Shown: piece by piece, positions 1 through 9,137 of the stretch
Layout of the letters: every line of letters starts with the position of its first letter
Position numbering within the stretch: position 1 is the stretch's first letter
Assembly: GCA_963746535.1 (NCBI GenBank)
Contig: CAVVBP010000012.1
Span: forward strand, 448,503-512,502
Direction: 5' to 3'
Length of the DNA stretch: 64,000 nucleotides
DNA from: Vicinamibacterales bacterium
GTDB lineage: Bacteria; Acidobacteriota; Vicinamibacteria; Vicinamibacterales; JAMQPK01
Position numbers and translations under genes: made by a program
Notes under the pieces: model-generated
Told to the model about the DNA's origin: nothing
What the model saw: only the letters and a program-made list of their open reading frames with translations
Databases searched by the model: none

Positions 1-432
1 CGCCTCGGACACCCGCATGTCGAGCGTCGATGCGGCGATGCCGGCGTCTGCCGCGAGCGCCGTGACGCGAGTCATGGTCTCGGGCGGCACCGGCTCGAGG
101 TGCAGGTCGAATGCAAGGGCGAGGTTCTGCGCCACCGTCATGCCTTCTAGCAGCGCGATGCGGTCGCTGATGATGCCGAAGCGTTCGACAAACGTCAGCC
201 ATTCATCGCTGTTGACGATGCTGGCGGTCGAGCGGCCGAGGCTGATGACCTCGCCCTTGTCCGGCAGCGTGGCGCCCGTCACAAGATTGATGAAGACCTC
301 GGCGGACGGGCGATCGAAGCCGACCAGCATCGTGACCGCGCCAGCCGGAATGCGCAGGTCGCGAACCCGGAGCGGTCTCAAGCCTCCGTACTGCTTCTCC
401 ACATCCGTAAGGATGAAGGGGTCGGGCCCCAT
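1..432 (-). CDS. ABC-transporter ATP-binding-like protein with degenerate Walker A (runs off the window start)
   Basis: Hand translation: MGPDPFILTDVEKQYGGLRPLRVRDLRIPAGAVTMLVGFDRPSAEVFINLVTGATLPDKGEV...LLEGMTVAQNLAL. The N-terminal ABC-NBD pattern is present. The ATG abuts the stop of the upstream gene. Not in the ORF track. Confidence 0.65.
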   Translation of the reverse strand, partial: MGPDPFILTDVEKQYGGLRPLRVRDLRIPAGAVTMLVGFDRPSAEVFINLVTGATLPDKGEVISLGRSTASIVNSDEWLTFVERFGIISDRIALLEGMTVAQNLALAFDLHLEPVPPETMTRVTALAADAGIAASTLDMRVSEA

Positions 433-903
433 TTACTCAAGCAGCCGATTGACTTCGGCGACCACGCGCCCGCTTTCCATCAACGCCCTGATCTCGAGCT
501 GAAGCGCGCGAAGGTTGGCCACGAGCGCCGTGATCGCCAGCACGTTGTGCACCCACGTCGGGACAACGCCCGTATCGACGCTCGCGCCCATGAGCGCCGT
601 CGTCATCGTCGCAAGCATGGCCACGGTCGCAGCAGAAAATACAGGGGCCCGGACGACCGCGATGCGGCGCTCGAAGTCCTTCGAGAGGCCCCCTTCCGCC
701 GCCGCTTCTCTCACGGCCTTCGCCTTGCCGAGAAAGTAGAACATCATCATCGAATGGGCCAGCAGCGTGATCATCGTGCTGAAGATGCCGATCGAGATGT
801 GCTGCGCGAGCCCGCCGGTACTCGCGCTCTGGTAGCCGAGGTACATCGCGGCGACGATGCCGGTAATCGAGGCGAAAATTGCCGTCAGCAGGGCTGACGC
901 CAT
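433..903 (-). CDS. hypothetical membrane protein (about 4 hydrophobic segments)
   Basis: 156-aa ORF packed with no gaps between neighbours; hydrophobic helices. Confidence 0.75.
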   Translation of the reverse strand: MASALLTAIFASITGIVAAMYLGYQSASTGGLAQHISIGIFSTMITLLAHSMMMFYFLGKAKAVREAAAEGGLSKDFERRIAVVRAPVFSAATVAMLATMTTALMGASVDTGVVPTWVHNVLAITALVANLRALQLEIRALMESGRVVAEVNRLLE

Positions 904-1737
904 TCAACCGTCCCTCGTGACGCGCGCGACCCGCGCCTTCAGCATTTCGAAGCGATCGTGCGGAAGACCGACCGTGCCGAACGACGTCCGTCGCCGCTCT
1001 TTCTCGCCGTGATAGTCGGATCCGCCCGACACGAGAATGCCATGGCGCGCGGCGAGGTCCAGATAGCGTTCTGTCGTCGGCGTATCGTGCTCGCTGTGAA
1101 AGGCCTCGATGGCCGTCAGGCCGGCGTCGATCATCCCGGGAATCAGGTCATCGCGCTTCAATAGTCCCGGATGCGCAAGCGACGCGAGGCCGCCCGCCCG
1201 GCCGATGATGGCGATGACCTCGGCAGGCGTCGGGCCCCTCCGGGGGATGAACGCGGGCTTGCGGTCGCCGATCAACCGATCGAACGCCTCACGCATGTCG
1301 GCCGCATGACCGGCTTTGACGAGTGCCTTCGCAATCAGAGGCCGGCCGAGCGCCTGGCCGGGACGGGGCGAGGCCAGCACATCGTCGCGATCGACGGGCT
1401 TCCCCAACTCGGCAAGCCTGTCGACAATCGCGCTCAGACGCCGCACACGATCGGCCCGCTGCTCCTCGAGGAAGGCGTCGAGTCCGGGGGTCTCGGTCTC
1501 GATGAAATACCCGAGCACGTGTACGTCCCTGCCTTCGTGAACGGCCGTAATCTCGATCCCGGGTACGAAGGCGATGCCGGATGATGCCGCGGCATGCGCG
1601 GCCTCTGGCAAACCCGCCACCGTGTCGTGATCGGTCACGCTCATCGTGCGGATGCCGGCGCGCCACGCGAGATCGACGAGCGCCGCCGGATCGTACAGGC
1701 CATCGGACGCGGTTGTGTGGAGGTGAAGATCGATCAC
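904..1737 (-). CDS. PHP-domain phosphoesterase (TrpH/YciV-like)
   Basis: DLHLHTTASDG, TDHDT, GIEIT, HVLGY, LAHP and GGSDYHG motifs. Confidence 0.9.
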   Translation of the reverse strand: MIDLHLHTTASDGLYDPAALVDLAWRAGIRTMSVTDHDTVAGLPEAAHAAASSGIAFVPGIEITAVHEGRDVHVLGYFIETETPGLDAFLEEQRADRVRRLSAIVDRLAELGKPVDRDDVLASPRPGQALGRPLIAKALVKAGHAADMREAFDRLIGDRKPAFIPRRGPTPAEVIAIIGRAGGLASLAHPGLLKRDDLIPGMIDAGLTAIEAFHSEHDTPTTERYLDLAARHGILVSGGSDYHGEKERRRTSFGTVGLPHDRFEMLKARVARVTRDG

Positions 1738-1740
1738 GCG

Positions 1741-2721
1741 TCAGGCGTTGACACGCCGGCGCGTCTTGACGGGTTTCGGCTGCCGGGCCGGACGCCGGCG
1801 TCCTTTGCGAGCGATGAGGTTCTTGTACTCGCGGACCAGCAGCTCGAAGTGCTGCTTCTCCTCGGCGGCAAACTCCATGAAGATCTGCTTGCCTTCCGAG
1901 TCTTCGAACCGTTCGCCGTACTTCTTGAAGAACTGATGCGAGCCGCGCTCGCACTTGATGCCAATGAGCAGCGCCTGCTGATCGTTGACGCCCTTGGAGA
2001 GCCGCTCCGCCCCCTCGGCGAACAGGCCGTTGGCCGCGCCCTTGAAAAACAGGAAGGCGGGACGCGACTCGAGCTGCGGGTCGTTCTTGAGCAGCTGCGC
2101 GTAGCGCGCTTCGAGCGTGCCGAGATGCTCTTTCTCCTCCTCGGCCAGCTTCTGGAAGATCGTCCGTCCCCGTGCGTCCTGCGTGATGCGCGCGGCGCGG
2201 GTGTAGAACTCGAGACCGCTGCGCTCGGTCGCGATCGCGATGCGAAGCGCATCGCGGGCGAAGATCATCTCGGTGGTCCCGCCCTTGGCCTCGGCGGGCC
2301 GGCCGGTCTGGCACGCCTCGCATGTGCCGTAGATCTGCACGACGCTCTGCTTGCCGACGAACTTCCTGGCAGCCGCGACTTCTTCAATCAGCGCCTCGAT
2401 GTCCGAGCTCAGGAACTCAAAGGACTGGTTGCAGGTCTTGCAAATCAGGTGAAAGTGCCGCGGATGGCGGTAGGAATGCTCGAATCGGAAACGGCCTTCG
2501 CCGAAATCGACCTTGCGGGCAATCCCCGCGTCCATCATCCACTGCAGCGTACGGTAGACGGTGGCCCGGCTGATGCCGCGATCTTCCTTGCGGATGAGAT
2601 CGACGAGATCGTCAGCACTCAGGTGCCCCTCCTGGCGGAGGAAGGCACTGATGATGAAATCGCGCTTGCTGGATCGTTTGCCGCCAGCCGGGCGCACGCG
2701 ATCGACATCAATGGTCTGCAT
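1741..2721 (-). CDS. Fur-family regulator fused to a C-terminal rubrerythrin/ferritin-like di-iron domain
   Basis: Fur motifs HLSADD, SRATVYRTL, HFHLICKTC and GTCEAC, followed by two E-x-ExxH helical pairs (ATERSG..AEEEKEH; KCERGS..AAEEKQH). Confidence 0.85.
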   Translation of the reverse strand: MQTIDVDRVRPAGGKRSSKRDFIISAFLRQEGHLSADDLVDLIRKEDRGISRATVYRTLQWMMDAGIARKVDFGEGRFRFEHSYRHPRHFHLICKTCNQSFEFLSSDIEALIEEVAAARKFVGKQSVVQIYGTCEACQTGRPAEAKGGTTEMIFARDALRIAIATERSGLEFYTRAARITQDARGRTIFQKLAEEEKEHLGTLEARYAQLLKNDPQLESRPAFLFFKGAANGLFAEGAERLSKGVNDQQALLIGIKCERGSHQFFKKYGERFEDSEGKQIFMEFAAEEKQHFELLVREYKNLIARKGRRRPARQPKPVKTRRRVNA

Positions 2722-2771
2722 GCGCTTCAGGTGAACCCGGAAAAGGAGGGAAGGATCGCTCCTTCACTCTA

Positions 2772-3125
2772 TTAGTGATGGTGTCCGCCGCCGCCGCCTT
2801 CTTCGGTGGTGAACGACGAGCCGCATCCACACGTGGACGTGGCATTCGGATTCTTGATCGTGAAGCCGCCGCCGGTGACGGTCTCGACAAAGTCGACCTC
2901 GGCGCCCTTGAGGTACCGGATGCTGATGGGATCGACATACAGCTTGACGCCGTTCGACTCGAAGACCTGGTCGTCGTCGCCGCCGTTTTCCTCGATCATC
3001 AACCCATACTGGAAGCCCGAGCACCCTCCGCCCTGCACGAACACCCGCAGGCCGCTGTTGAGCTTCTGCTCTTCGGCCAGAAGCTCCGTAATCTTGGAGG
3101 CTGCTGAAGACGAGACATTAATCAT
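2772..3125 (-). CDS. erpA: A-type Fe-S carrier, HesB/IscA/ErpA family
   Basis: GGGCSGFQY and TCGCGSSF motifs; RBS (AGGAGA) upstream. Confidence 0.9.
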   Translation of the reverse strand: MINVSSSAASKITELLAEEQKLNSGLRVFVQGGGCSGFQYGLMIEENGGDDDQVFESNGVKLYVDPISIRYLKGAEVDFVETVTGGGFTIKNPNATSTCGCGSSFTTEEGGGGGHHH

Positions 3126-3186
3126 GTGATTTCTCCTGGGTCAAACACCGGAACCCACTGAGGAAATTATACAATACTGGCCCGTT

Positions 3187-4132
3187 GTGCCACCCCGTCA
3201 TCACGACCCATTGTGGCGCCTCGCAGCGGCAAAATGGGCCGAAATCGAAGCAAAATCGCCCGATCTGGCCCCTGCCGTCGCGCTTCAGCAGCGCCTCCTC
3301 GGGCTCCTCGTCGACGCCTCGGCCAGCCTCGAAGGGACTGTTTCGCTGAACCTGAGCCCGGTCGTGGTCTCGGACAAGCGGACGCGCGGCGTGCCCGCTA
3401 TGCGGAATGAATCAGTCGATATCCCACTCCAGCTCGGCGAGTTTCTCCCGCCGTTGTGCACCGCACTGGCGGAGGGCGGGGCCGGCGACAGCGCCCGTCA
3501 CATCGGTGAGGCTGTTGCGGCCCGTACTATAGACGCCATTTCGCTGCTGAGGGTTTCGCTGGCACGAGATCAGGAAGCGCTGCGCACCAGCGCGCTCCAC
3601 ATGGGTTTTTCACCCGACCTGTTGTGGCTGATTGGCGAGCTGGCCAGCAGCCCGCTCGCGCACAAGCTGGCATCGTCGATGGCCGAAAAAGGGGTCGGGA
3701 GGGTTTTTCGGACCGATCCCGAGAAAAACCCTCCCGACCCCTCTTTCGGCTGGGACCGCGGCTACTGCCCGTTCTGCGGATCGTGGCCGGCGTACATCGA
3801 AGCGCAGGATTCGGCGCGTGTGCTGCGCTGCTGCGTACTGCGCGCTCGGATGGTCGCTCCAATCGCACCGCTGCATCTACTGTGGACACGCTGGCGAGAA
3901 CTTCGTGGCGGCGGCTCCGGACGTCGACCAGCCCCAGCGGCGTGTCGAGTTGTGCGGCGCGTGCGGCGGCTACACCAAAGTGATCGACACCGCGGAGCCT
4001 ACCCCGTTCCCGCTCGTCGCGATCGAGGATCTCGCTACGATGCATCTCGATCGGGGAGCGATGGAGCGTGGCTATCGGCGCCCGGAACTCGTCAATCTCG
4101 ACGCGATCGAGCCGCGGGCAACAACATGTTGA
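3187..4132 (+). CDS. fdhE: formate dehydrogenase accessory protein FdhE (one +1 frameshift near 3830 as given)
   Basis: GYCPFCGSWP, then in the next frame YCALGW, RCIYCG and VELCGACGGYTK (four CxxC-type motifs). The 946-nt span is 315 codons +1. Confidence 0.8.
3682..3750. repeat. 69-bp palindromic element inserted in frame in fdhE
   Basis: Arms 3682-3709 and 3723-3750 are complementary at 27/28 positions; encodes AEKGVGRVFRTDPEKNPPDPSFG. Confidence 0.85.
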
Positions 4133-4145
4133 GCGAGTCCCAGTG

Positions 4146-4193
4146 GTCCGGCTGAAGCCGGACACTACGTACTGAGCGACTACGTACTGAGCG
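4146..4193. repeat. GTAG-type REP copy plus a tandemly duplicated 15-mer
   Basis: gtccggctgaagccggacactac is identical to the reverse complement of 40338-40360; actacgtactgagcg occurs twice (4164-4193). Confidence 0.8.
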
Positions 4194-5697
4194 CCTGGAG
4201 TTTCCCGGCCGACTGCGCTTCGAGATCCTTGTGCAGGCTGTTGCCGTGGGCATCCATCGTGACAATCGCCGGAAAGTCCTTGACCCACAGGTGCCACATC
4301 GCCTCGGGCGTGCCGAACTCGGTCAGCGACACGCCATCGGTTCGCTCGATGCAGCGCGCGTAGTACTGTGCCGCGCCGCCGACGGCATTGAGGTACACGG
4401 CACCCGTTTCCTTCAGTCCCTGCAGCGTCTTCGCTCCCATGCCACCCTTGCCGATGACGGCACGAACGCCGTAACGGCGAAGAATCTCGGCCTGGTATGG
4501 CTCTTCACGGATGCTGGTGGTAGGCCCGGCTGCCGTCACCGTCCAGCGCTCCCCCTCTTTCTTCACGACGGGACCGCAGTGATAGAGGACCGAGCCCTTC
4601 AGATCGACGGGCGGGTCGTGCTTCATCAGGTGCGCGTGCACGGCATCGCGTCCGGTGTACATCCGGCCCGACACGAGCACGACATCGCCGACCTTCAGCG
4701 ACCGCACGGTCGCCTCGTCGAGGGGCGCCTCGAGACGCAGCTCGCGGCCGGAACGTACGAAGCCCTCCTGATCCATCATCGGAATCGTCGGGTTGCTGGG
4801 ATCGCGATAGAGCCATCGCACGATCGAGCCATCGCGGGCATCGAGCCTGACGCCGAGACGCCGGAACGCCCAGCAGTCGTAAGCCACCGACACGAAAAAG
4901 CTGGCCGGTAGTCGATTGAGGACGCCGATCTTGCACCCGATCAGGCTGACGTCGCCGCCGAATCCCATGGTGCCGATGCCGAGCGTGTTCACTGTGCCCA
5001 TGATGTTCGCTTCGAGATCGGCAAGCCTCGGGTCGGAATTGATGTCGTCGAGGGTTCTGAACAGCTGCTCTTTCGCGTGCACGTACCCGGACGTGCGATC
5101 TCCGCCGATGCACACGCCGACCGCGCCTGGCGCGCAGCCTTTGCCCTGTGCCTGCCAGACCGCGTGCAGGATGCATTTGCGCACGCCATCGAGCGTGCGG
5201 TCGGCCCGGCCGAGGTTCGGGAGCTCGGCCGGCAGCGAGTACTGAATGTTCATGTTCTCGCAGCCGCCGCCCTTGAGAATCAGCTTCACCTCGATGTCGT
5301 CTTCTTCCCATTGATCGAAATGAATGATGGGCGTGCCCGGGCCGAGGTTGTCGCCGGAGTTTTCGCCCGTAATCGAATCGACGGAGTTCGGCCGAAGCTT
5401 CCCGAGCCTGGTCGCTTTCGCCACGGCCTCGCGAATCTGCTGGCGCATCCAGATTTGATCCGTCCCGCGCGGCACGTGCACCTCGAAGGTCGGCATTCCC
5501 GTGTCCTGGCAGATCGCGCCTTCGCCCTCGGCGGCCTGATCGATATTCAGCGCGATGATCTTCAGCGCCTGCGACGACTGCGTACCAGGTTGCTCGGCCC
5601 CCATCGCACCCTTCATGGCCGCTCGAACGTCGGGGGGCAGATCGGTCGACGTCCTGACGACCAGGTCGAGCACGCTGTCGAAAAACCGTGGAAGCAT
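4180..5697 (-). CDS. fumA: class I (Fe-S) fumarate hydratase, fused alpha/beta domains
   Basis: ICQDTG, KGGGCEN, GKGCAPG, AGPTTS and IGKGGMG motifs. Confidence 0.88.
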   Translation of the reverse strand: MLPRFFDSVLDLVVRTSTDLPPDVRAAMKGAMGAEQPGTQSSQALKIIALNIDQAAEGEGAICQDTGMPTFEVHVPRGTDQIWMRQQIREAVAKATRLGKLRPNSVDSITGENSGDNLGPGTPIIHFDQWEEDDIEVKLILKGGGCENMNIQYSLPAELPNLGRADRTLDGVRKCILHAVWQAQGKGCAPGAVGVCIGGDRTSGYVHAKEQLFRTLDDINSDPRLADLEANIMGTVNTLGIGTMGFGGDVSLIGCKIGVLNRLPASFFVSVAYDCWAFRRLGVRLDARDGSIVRWLYRDPSNPTIPMMDQEGFVRSGRELRLEAPLDEATVRSLKVGDVVLVSGRMYTGRDAVHAHLMKHDPPVDLKGSVLYHCGPVVKKEGERWTVTAAGPTTSIREEPYQAEILRRYGVRAVIGKGGMGAKTLQGLKETGAVYLNAVGGAAQYYARCIERTDGVSLTEFGTPEAMWHLWVKDFPAIVTMDAHGNSLHKDLEAQSAGKLQALST

Positions 5698-5732
5698 CCG
5701 GGTAGTATAGACAAGGTCCGTCCGGCTGTGGA
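5698..5732 (-). promoter_or_regulatory. probable leaderless sigma70 promoter of the fumarase gene
   Basis: TATACT (5709-5704) lies 6 nt before the ATG; TCCACA at 17-nt spacing; no SD. Confidence 0.55.
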
Positions 5733-5736
5733 CAAG

Positions 5737-5767
5737 GTCCGCCTAAAGGCGGAGACTACGTACTGAG
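5737..5767. repeat. GTAG-type REP copy with compensatory stem substitutions
   Basis: gtccgcctaaaggcggagactacgtactgag compared with gtccggctgaagccggacactacgtactgag at 4146. Confidence 0.8.
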
Positions 5768-7174
5768 ATGAAAACGGACGCCAAGCGCCACGTTCGCCGC
5801 GAGCGCGATCCGTTGGGCGAGCACGACGTTCCGGCCGACGCGTACTACGGAATCCAGACCCAGCGCGCCGCCGAGAACTTTCCGATCAGTGGCCTCCGCG
5901 CACCCGACGAGCTCGTGACGGCCACGATACTCGTCAAGAAAGCGGCGGCGGCGGCCAATACGGCCATGGATCACCTGCCCGGCGACATCGGCCAGGCCAT
6001 CATGGCCGCGGCCGACGAAGTGCTGGCCGGCCAACTCCGCGATCAGTTCATCGTCGACGTCTACCAGGCGGGCGCCGGCACGTCGCACAACATGAACGCG
6101 AACGAAGTGCTGGCCAACCGCGCCGCGGAAATACTGGGTGCGCCGAAAGGCACGTACAACAAGGTCCATCCGAACGATCACGTGAACATGTCGCAATCCA
6201 CCAACGACGTGTTCCCGACGGCCACACGCCTCGCGCTGCTGATCGATCATGGCCCGCTCGCATCGAGCGCGCGCAATCTGCAGGCCGCACTCGAGCGCAA
6301 GTCGCACGAGTTCGCAGGCATCCTGAAGGTCGGGCGGACGCACCTGCAGGACGCGGTGCCGATCACGCTGGGAGAAGTGTTCGGCGGATATGCGGCGTGC
6401 ATCCAGAGGGGCGCCGACGACGTCGACGCGGCGTCGGCACAGTTGACCGAGTTGAATCTCGGCGCCACCGCGGTGGGGACAGGTTTGAACGCGAGCGCGG
6501 ACTATGCGAAAACCGCGGTCGACCACCTGCGATCGTACACGCAGCTTCCGCTTCGGCGCGCCGCCAACCTCTTTCGAGTCACCCAGAGCATGGGCGACGT
6601 GGCGGCGTATTCCGGCGCCATGCGGCGGCTGTCGATCGAGCTCGGCAAAATCGCAAGCGACCTGCGCCTGCTGAGCATGGGGCCGCGCGCGGGTCTGTCC
6701 GAAATCGCACTGCCGGCCGTGCAGCCGGGCTCGTCGATCATGCCGGGCAAGGTGAACCCCTCGGTGCCCGAAATGGTAAACCAGGTGTGCTATCAGGTGA
6801 TGGGCTGCGATCTGACCGTCGCGATGGCCGCGGAGGCCGGACAGCTCGAACTGAACGTGATGATGCCGGTCATCGCCTGGAACGCGCTGCACGCGTCCCG
6901 GATTCTCCGCGCGGCGATGACGGCGCTCGCCACGAAAACCATCGAGGGCATGACAGCCGACGCCACCCGGAACCGCGAGCTGCTCGACCGCAGTACAGCG
7001 GTAGCCACCGCGCTGAGCCCTCGCATCGGGTACGCGGCCACCGCCGAGATTGCGAAAGAGTCCGTGCGCACGGGAAAATCGATTCGGCAGATCGCGAAGG
7101 AACGCGGCATCCTGACCGACAGCGAGCTCGACGTCCTGCTCGCGCCCGAACGCATGACGGCACCAGACCAATGA
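5768..7174 (+). CDS. aspA: aspartate ammonia-lyase
   Basis: HPNDHVNMSQSTND, GRTHLQDA and GSSIMPGKVNP signature. Confidence 0.88.
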   Translation: MKTDAKRHVRRERDPLGEHDVPADAYYGIQTQRAAENFPISGLRAPDELVTATILVKKAAAAANTAMDHLPGDIGQAIMAAADEVLAGQLRDQFIVDVYQAGAGTSHNMNANEVLANRAAEILGAPKGTYNKVHPNDHVNMSQSTNDVFPTATRLALLIDHGPLASSARNLQAALERKSHEFAGILKVGRTHLQDAVPITLGEVFGGYAACIQRGADDVDAASAQLTELNLGATAVGTGLNASADYAKTAVDHLRSYTQLPLRRAANLFRVTQSMGDVAAYSGAMRRLSIELGKIASDLRLLSMGPRAGLSEIALPAVQPGSSIMPGKVNPSVPEMVNQVCYQVMGCDLTVAMAAEAGQLELNVMMPVIAWNALHASRILRAAMTALATKTIEGMTADATRNRELLDRSTAVATALSPRIGYAATAEIAKESVRTGKSIRQIAKERGILTDSELDVLLAPERMTAPDQ

Positions 7175-7845
7175 ACCTCAGGGCCATCGTCCTCGTTCTC
7201 ACGCTCGCGGTGGTGGACTCCGGCATGCTGTCCGCTCAGCAGAAGCCGGCTGCGCAAAAGCCCCCGCGCACGCCTCGACTCTTCGCACCGCAGGATCTGG
7301 GCCTGCTCGAACCGCCCGATCGCGAGGCCTGGCAGAAGCCCGACCAGGTGATGGACGCGCTGCACATCGCCGAGGGCACGACGGTCCTCGACCTGGGGGC
7401 TGGCGGTGGCTGGTTCACCTCACGACTCGCCCGCCGCGTCGGGCCGAACGGCAGGGTGTATGCGGGCGACGTTCAGAGTCTCATGATTCAGGCGATCGTC
7501 CGCCGCATGCAGCGCGAGGGCCTGACCAATGTCACGCCGGTGCTCGGCAACGACGACGACCCGAGCCTTCCCGCGGACGCCAAACCGGATGCCGTCCTCA
7601 TCGTCGACACCTTTCATGAGGCGGAACACCCCGTCGTGCTGCTGCAGAACGTTGTACGAACGTTGAAGCCTCAGGGACGCATCGGCATCATCTTTTACCG
7701 CGAGGGCGAAGGCGGCCCGGGGCCGGGGCCCGAAGAACGCGTGCCGCCGGGCGTCGTGATCGCGCAGGCGCAGACCGCCGGGCTGAGGCTCGTGGAACAA
7801 CACAAGTTTCTGCCGTATCAGTATTTCCTCATCTTCGGCCGGTAG
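7171..7845 (+). CDS. class I SAM-dependent methyltransferase with N-terminal signal-peptide-like segment
   Basis: ATGA overlap with aspA; motif I VLDLGAGGGWFT; hydrophobic N-terminus MNLRAIVLVLTLAVV. Confidence 0.8.
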   Translation: MNLRAIVLVLTLAVVDSGMLSAQQKPAAQKPPRTPRLFAPQDLGLLEPPDREAWQKPDQVMDALHIAEGTTVLDLGAGGGWFTSRLARRVGPNGRVYAGDVQSLMIQAIVRRMQREGLTNVTPVLGNDDDPSLPADAKPDAVLIVDTFHEAEHPVVLLQNVVRTLKPQGRIGIIFYREGEGGPGPGPEERVPPGVVIAQAQTAGLRLVEQHKFLPYQYFLIFGR

Positions 7846-7854
7846 CTCAGCCCC

Positions 7855-8649
7855 ATGCGTACGACGCTCACCATCGCGGGCAGCGATTCCATTGCGGGCG
7901 CGGGCATCCAGGCCGACCTGAAGACGTTTGCCGCCCTTGGCGTTTACGGTGTCTCCGCGTTGACGGCCGTCACCGCACAAGATACTGATGGCATCCGTGA
8001 CGTGGTTGCCCTCTCGCCGGAATTTGTCCAGGCACAAATCGATGCCGTCACGCATGACGTCGAAATTGCGGCAGTAAAAACGGGCATGCTGGCCACCGCA
8101 GATATCGTGCGGGTGGTCGCCGACAGGGTCTGCCGGATTCCCCGGCTGAAGCTCGTCGTCGACCCCGTCCTGGTGGCGACCGGGCCCCGAAGCCGGACCC
8201 TGCTGGCCCCCGACGCCGTCTCAGTATTGAAGGCGAATCTGCTTCCGGCAGCGACGGTCGTGACGCCCAATGTCGCCGAAGCCGAAACGCTATCGGGGAT
8301 GCGAATCCAGTCCCTCGACCAGGCTCGGGATGCCGCCAGGCGCATCCTCGACTTTGGCCCGGCGGCGGTCGTGGTCAAAGGGGGACATCTGGCGGGGCCG
8401 AAGGCCGTCGACGTGCTGCTGCACGCCGGCACGTTCACAGAGATCGAGGCCACACGCGTGGCTGTAGGCGACGTTCACGGAACCGGTTGCACGTTCGCGT
8501 CGGCAATTGCCGCCCGTCTCGCATTGGGCGACGACATTCCATCGGCGGTCGGGCACGCCAAGCGGTACATCACCGGCGCCATCGAGCACTCGTTCGAGAT
8601 TGGGCGGGGCGCGCGCCTCCTCAACCACTTCTGGGAATTGTCTTTATAA
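7855..8649 (+). CDS. thiD: hydroxymethylpyrimidine/phosphomethylpyrimidine kinase
   Basis: TIAGSD..GAGIQADLKTF, VKTGML, VTPNVAEA and HGTGCT motifs. Confidence 0.93.
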   Translation: MRTTLTIAGSDSIAGAGIQADLKTFAALGVYGVSALTAVTAQDTDGIRDVVALSPEFVQAQIDAVTHDVEIAAVKTGMLATADIVRVVADRVCRIPRLKLVVDPVLVATGPRSRTLLAPDAVSVLKANLLPAATVVTPNVAEAETLSGMRIQSLDQARDAARRILDFGPAAVVVKGGHLAGPKAVDVLLHAGTFTEIEATRVAVGDVHGTGCTFASAIAARLALGDDIPSAVGHAKRYITGAIEHSFEIGRGARLLNHFWELSL

Positions 8650-8663
8650 TCGTAGGGTTCGGC

Positions 8664-9137
8664 ATGAACCCAATCGCGGTGACGTCCCACGTGCTTGACC
8701 TGGATTCGCTGATTCGACTGGTGTCGATCGGGGGAGGCCATGGCGCTGTCGCCACGTTCATCGGTGTCGTGCGTGACAACAATTTGAACCGGCTGGTCAC
8801 GCACCTCGAATACGAGGCGTACGAGCCGATGGCGGTAAAGGCCCTCGATCAGATTTGCCGCGAGGCCGGCCGCGAGTGGCCGGGAATCCGGGTGGCTGTG
8901 CATCACCGTATTGGACCGCTCGCCATCGGCGAGGCGAGCATCGTGATCGCGGCGGCCAGTGCGCACCGTGCGGATGCGTTCGCCGCGTGCCGATATGTGA
9001 TCGAGCGGGTCAAGCAGATCGTGCCCATCTGGAAGCACGAGTTTTTCGAGGGTGGCGAGGTCTGGATCGAGGGGGCCACCGCCAACCCCAACGACGAAGC
9101 GGCGCGGCTGGAGGCGGTGCGACGCGCATGCGCGTGA
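8664..9137 (+). CDS. moaE: molybdopterin synthase catalytic subunit
   Basis: LEYEAYEPMA, HRIG.L.IGE and IERVKQIVPIWKHE motifs. Confidence 0.92.
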   Translation: MNPIAVTSHVLDLDSLIRLVSIGGGHGAVATFIGVVRDNNLNRLVTHLEYEAYEPMAVKALDQICREAGREWPGIRVAVHHRIGPLAIGEASIVIAAASAHRADAFAACRYVIERVKQIVPIWKHEFFEGGEVWIEGATANPNDEAARLEAVRRACA

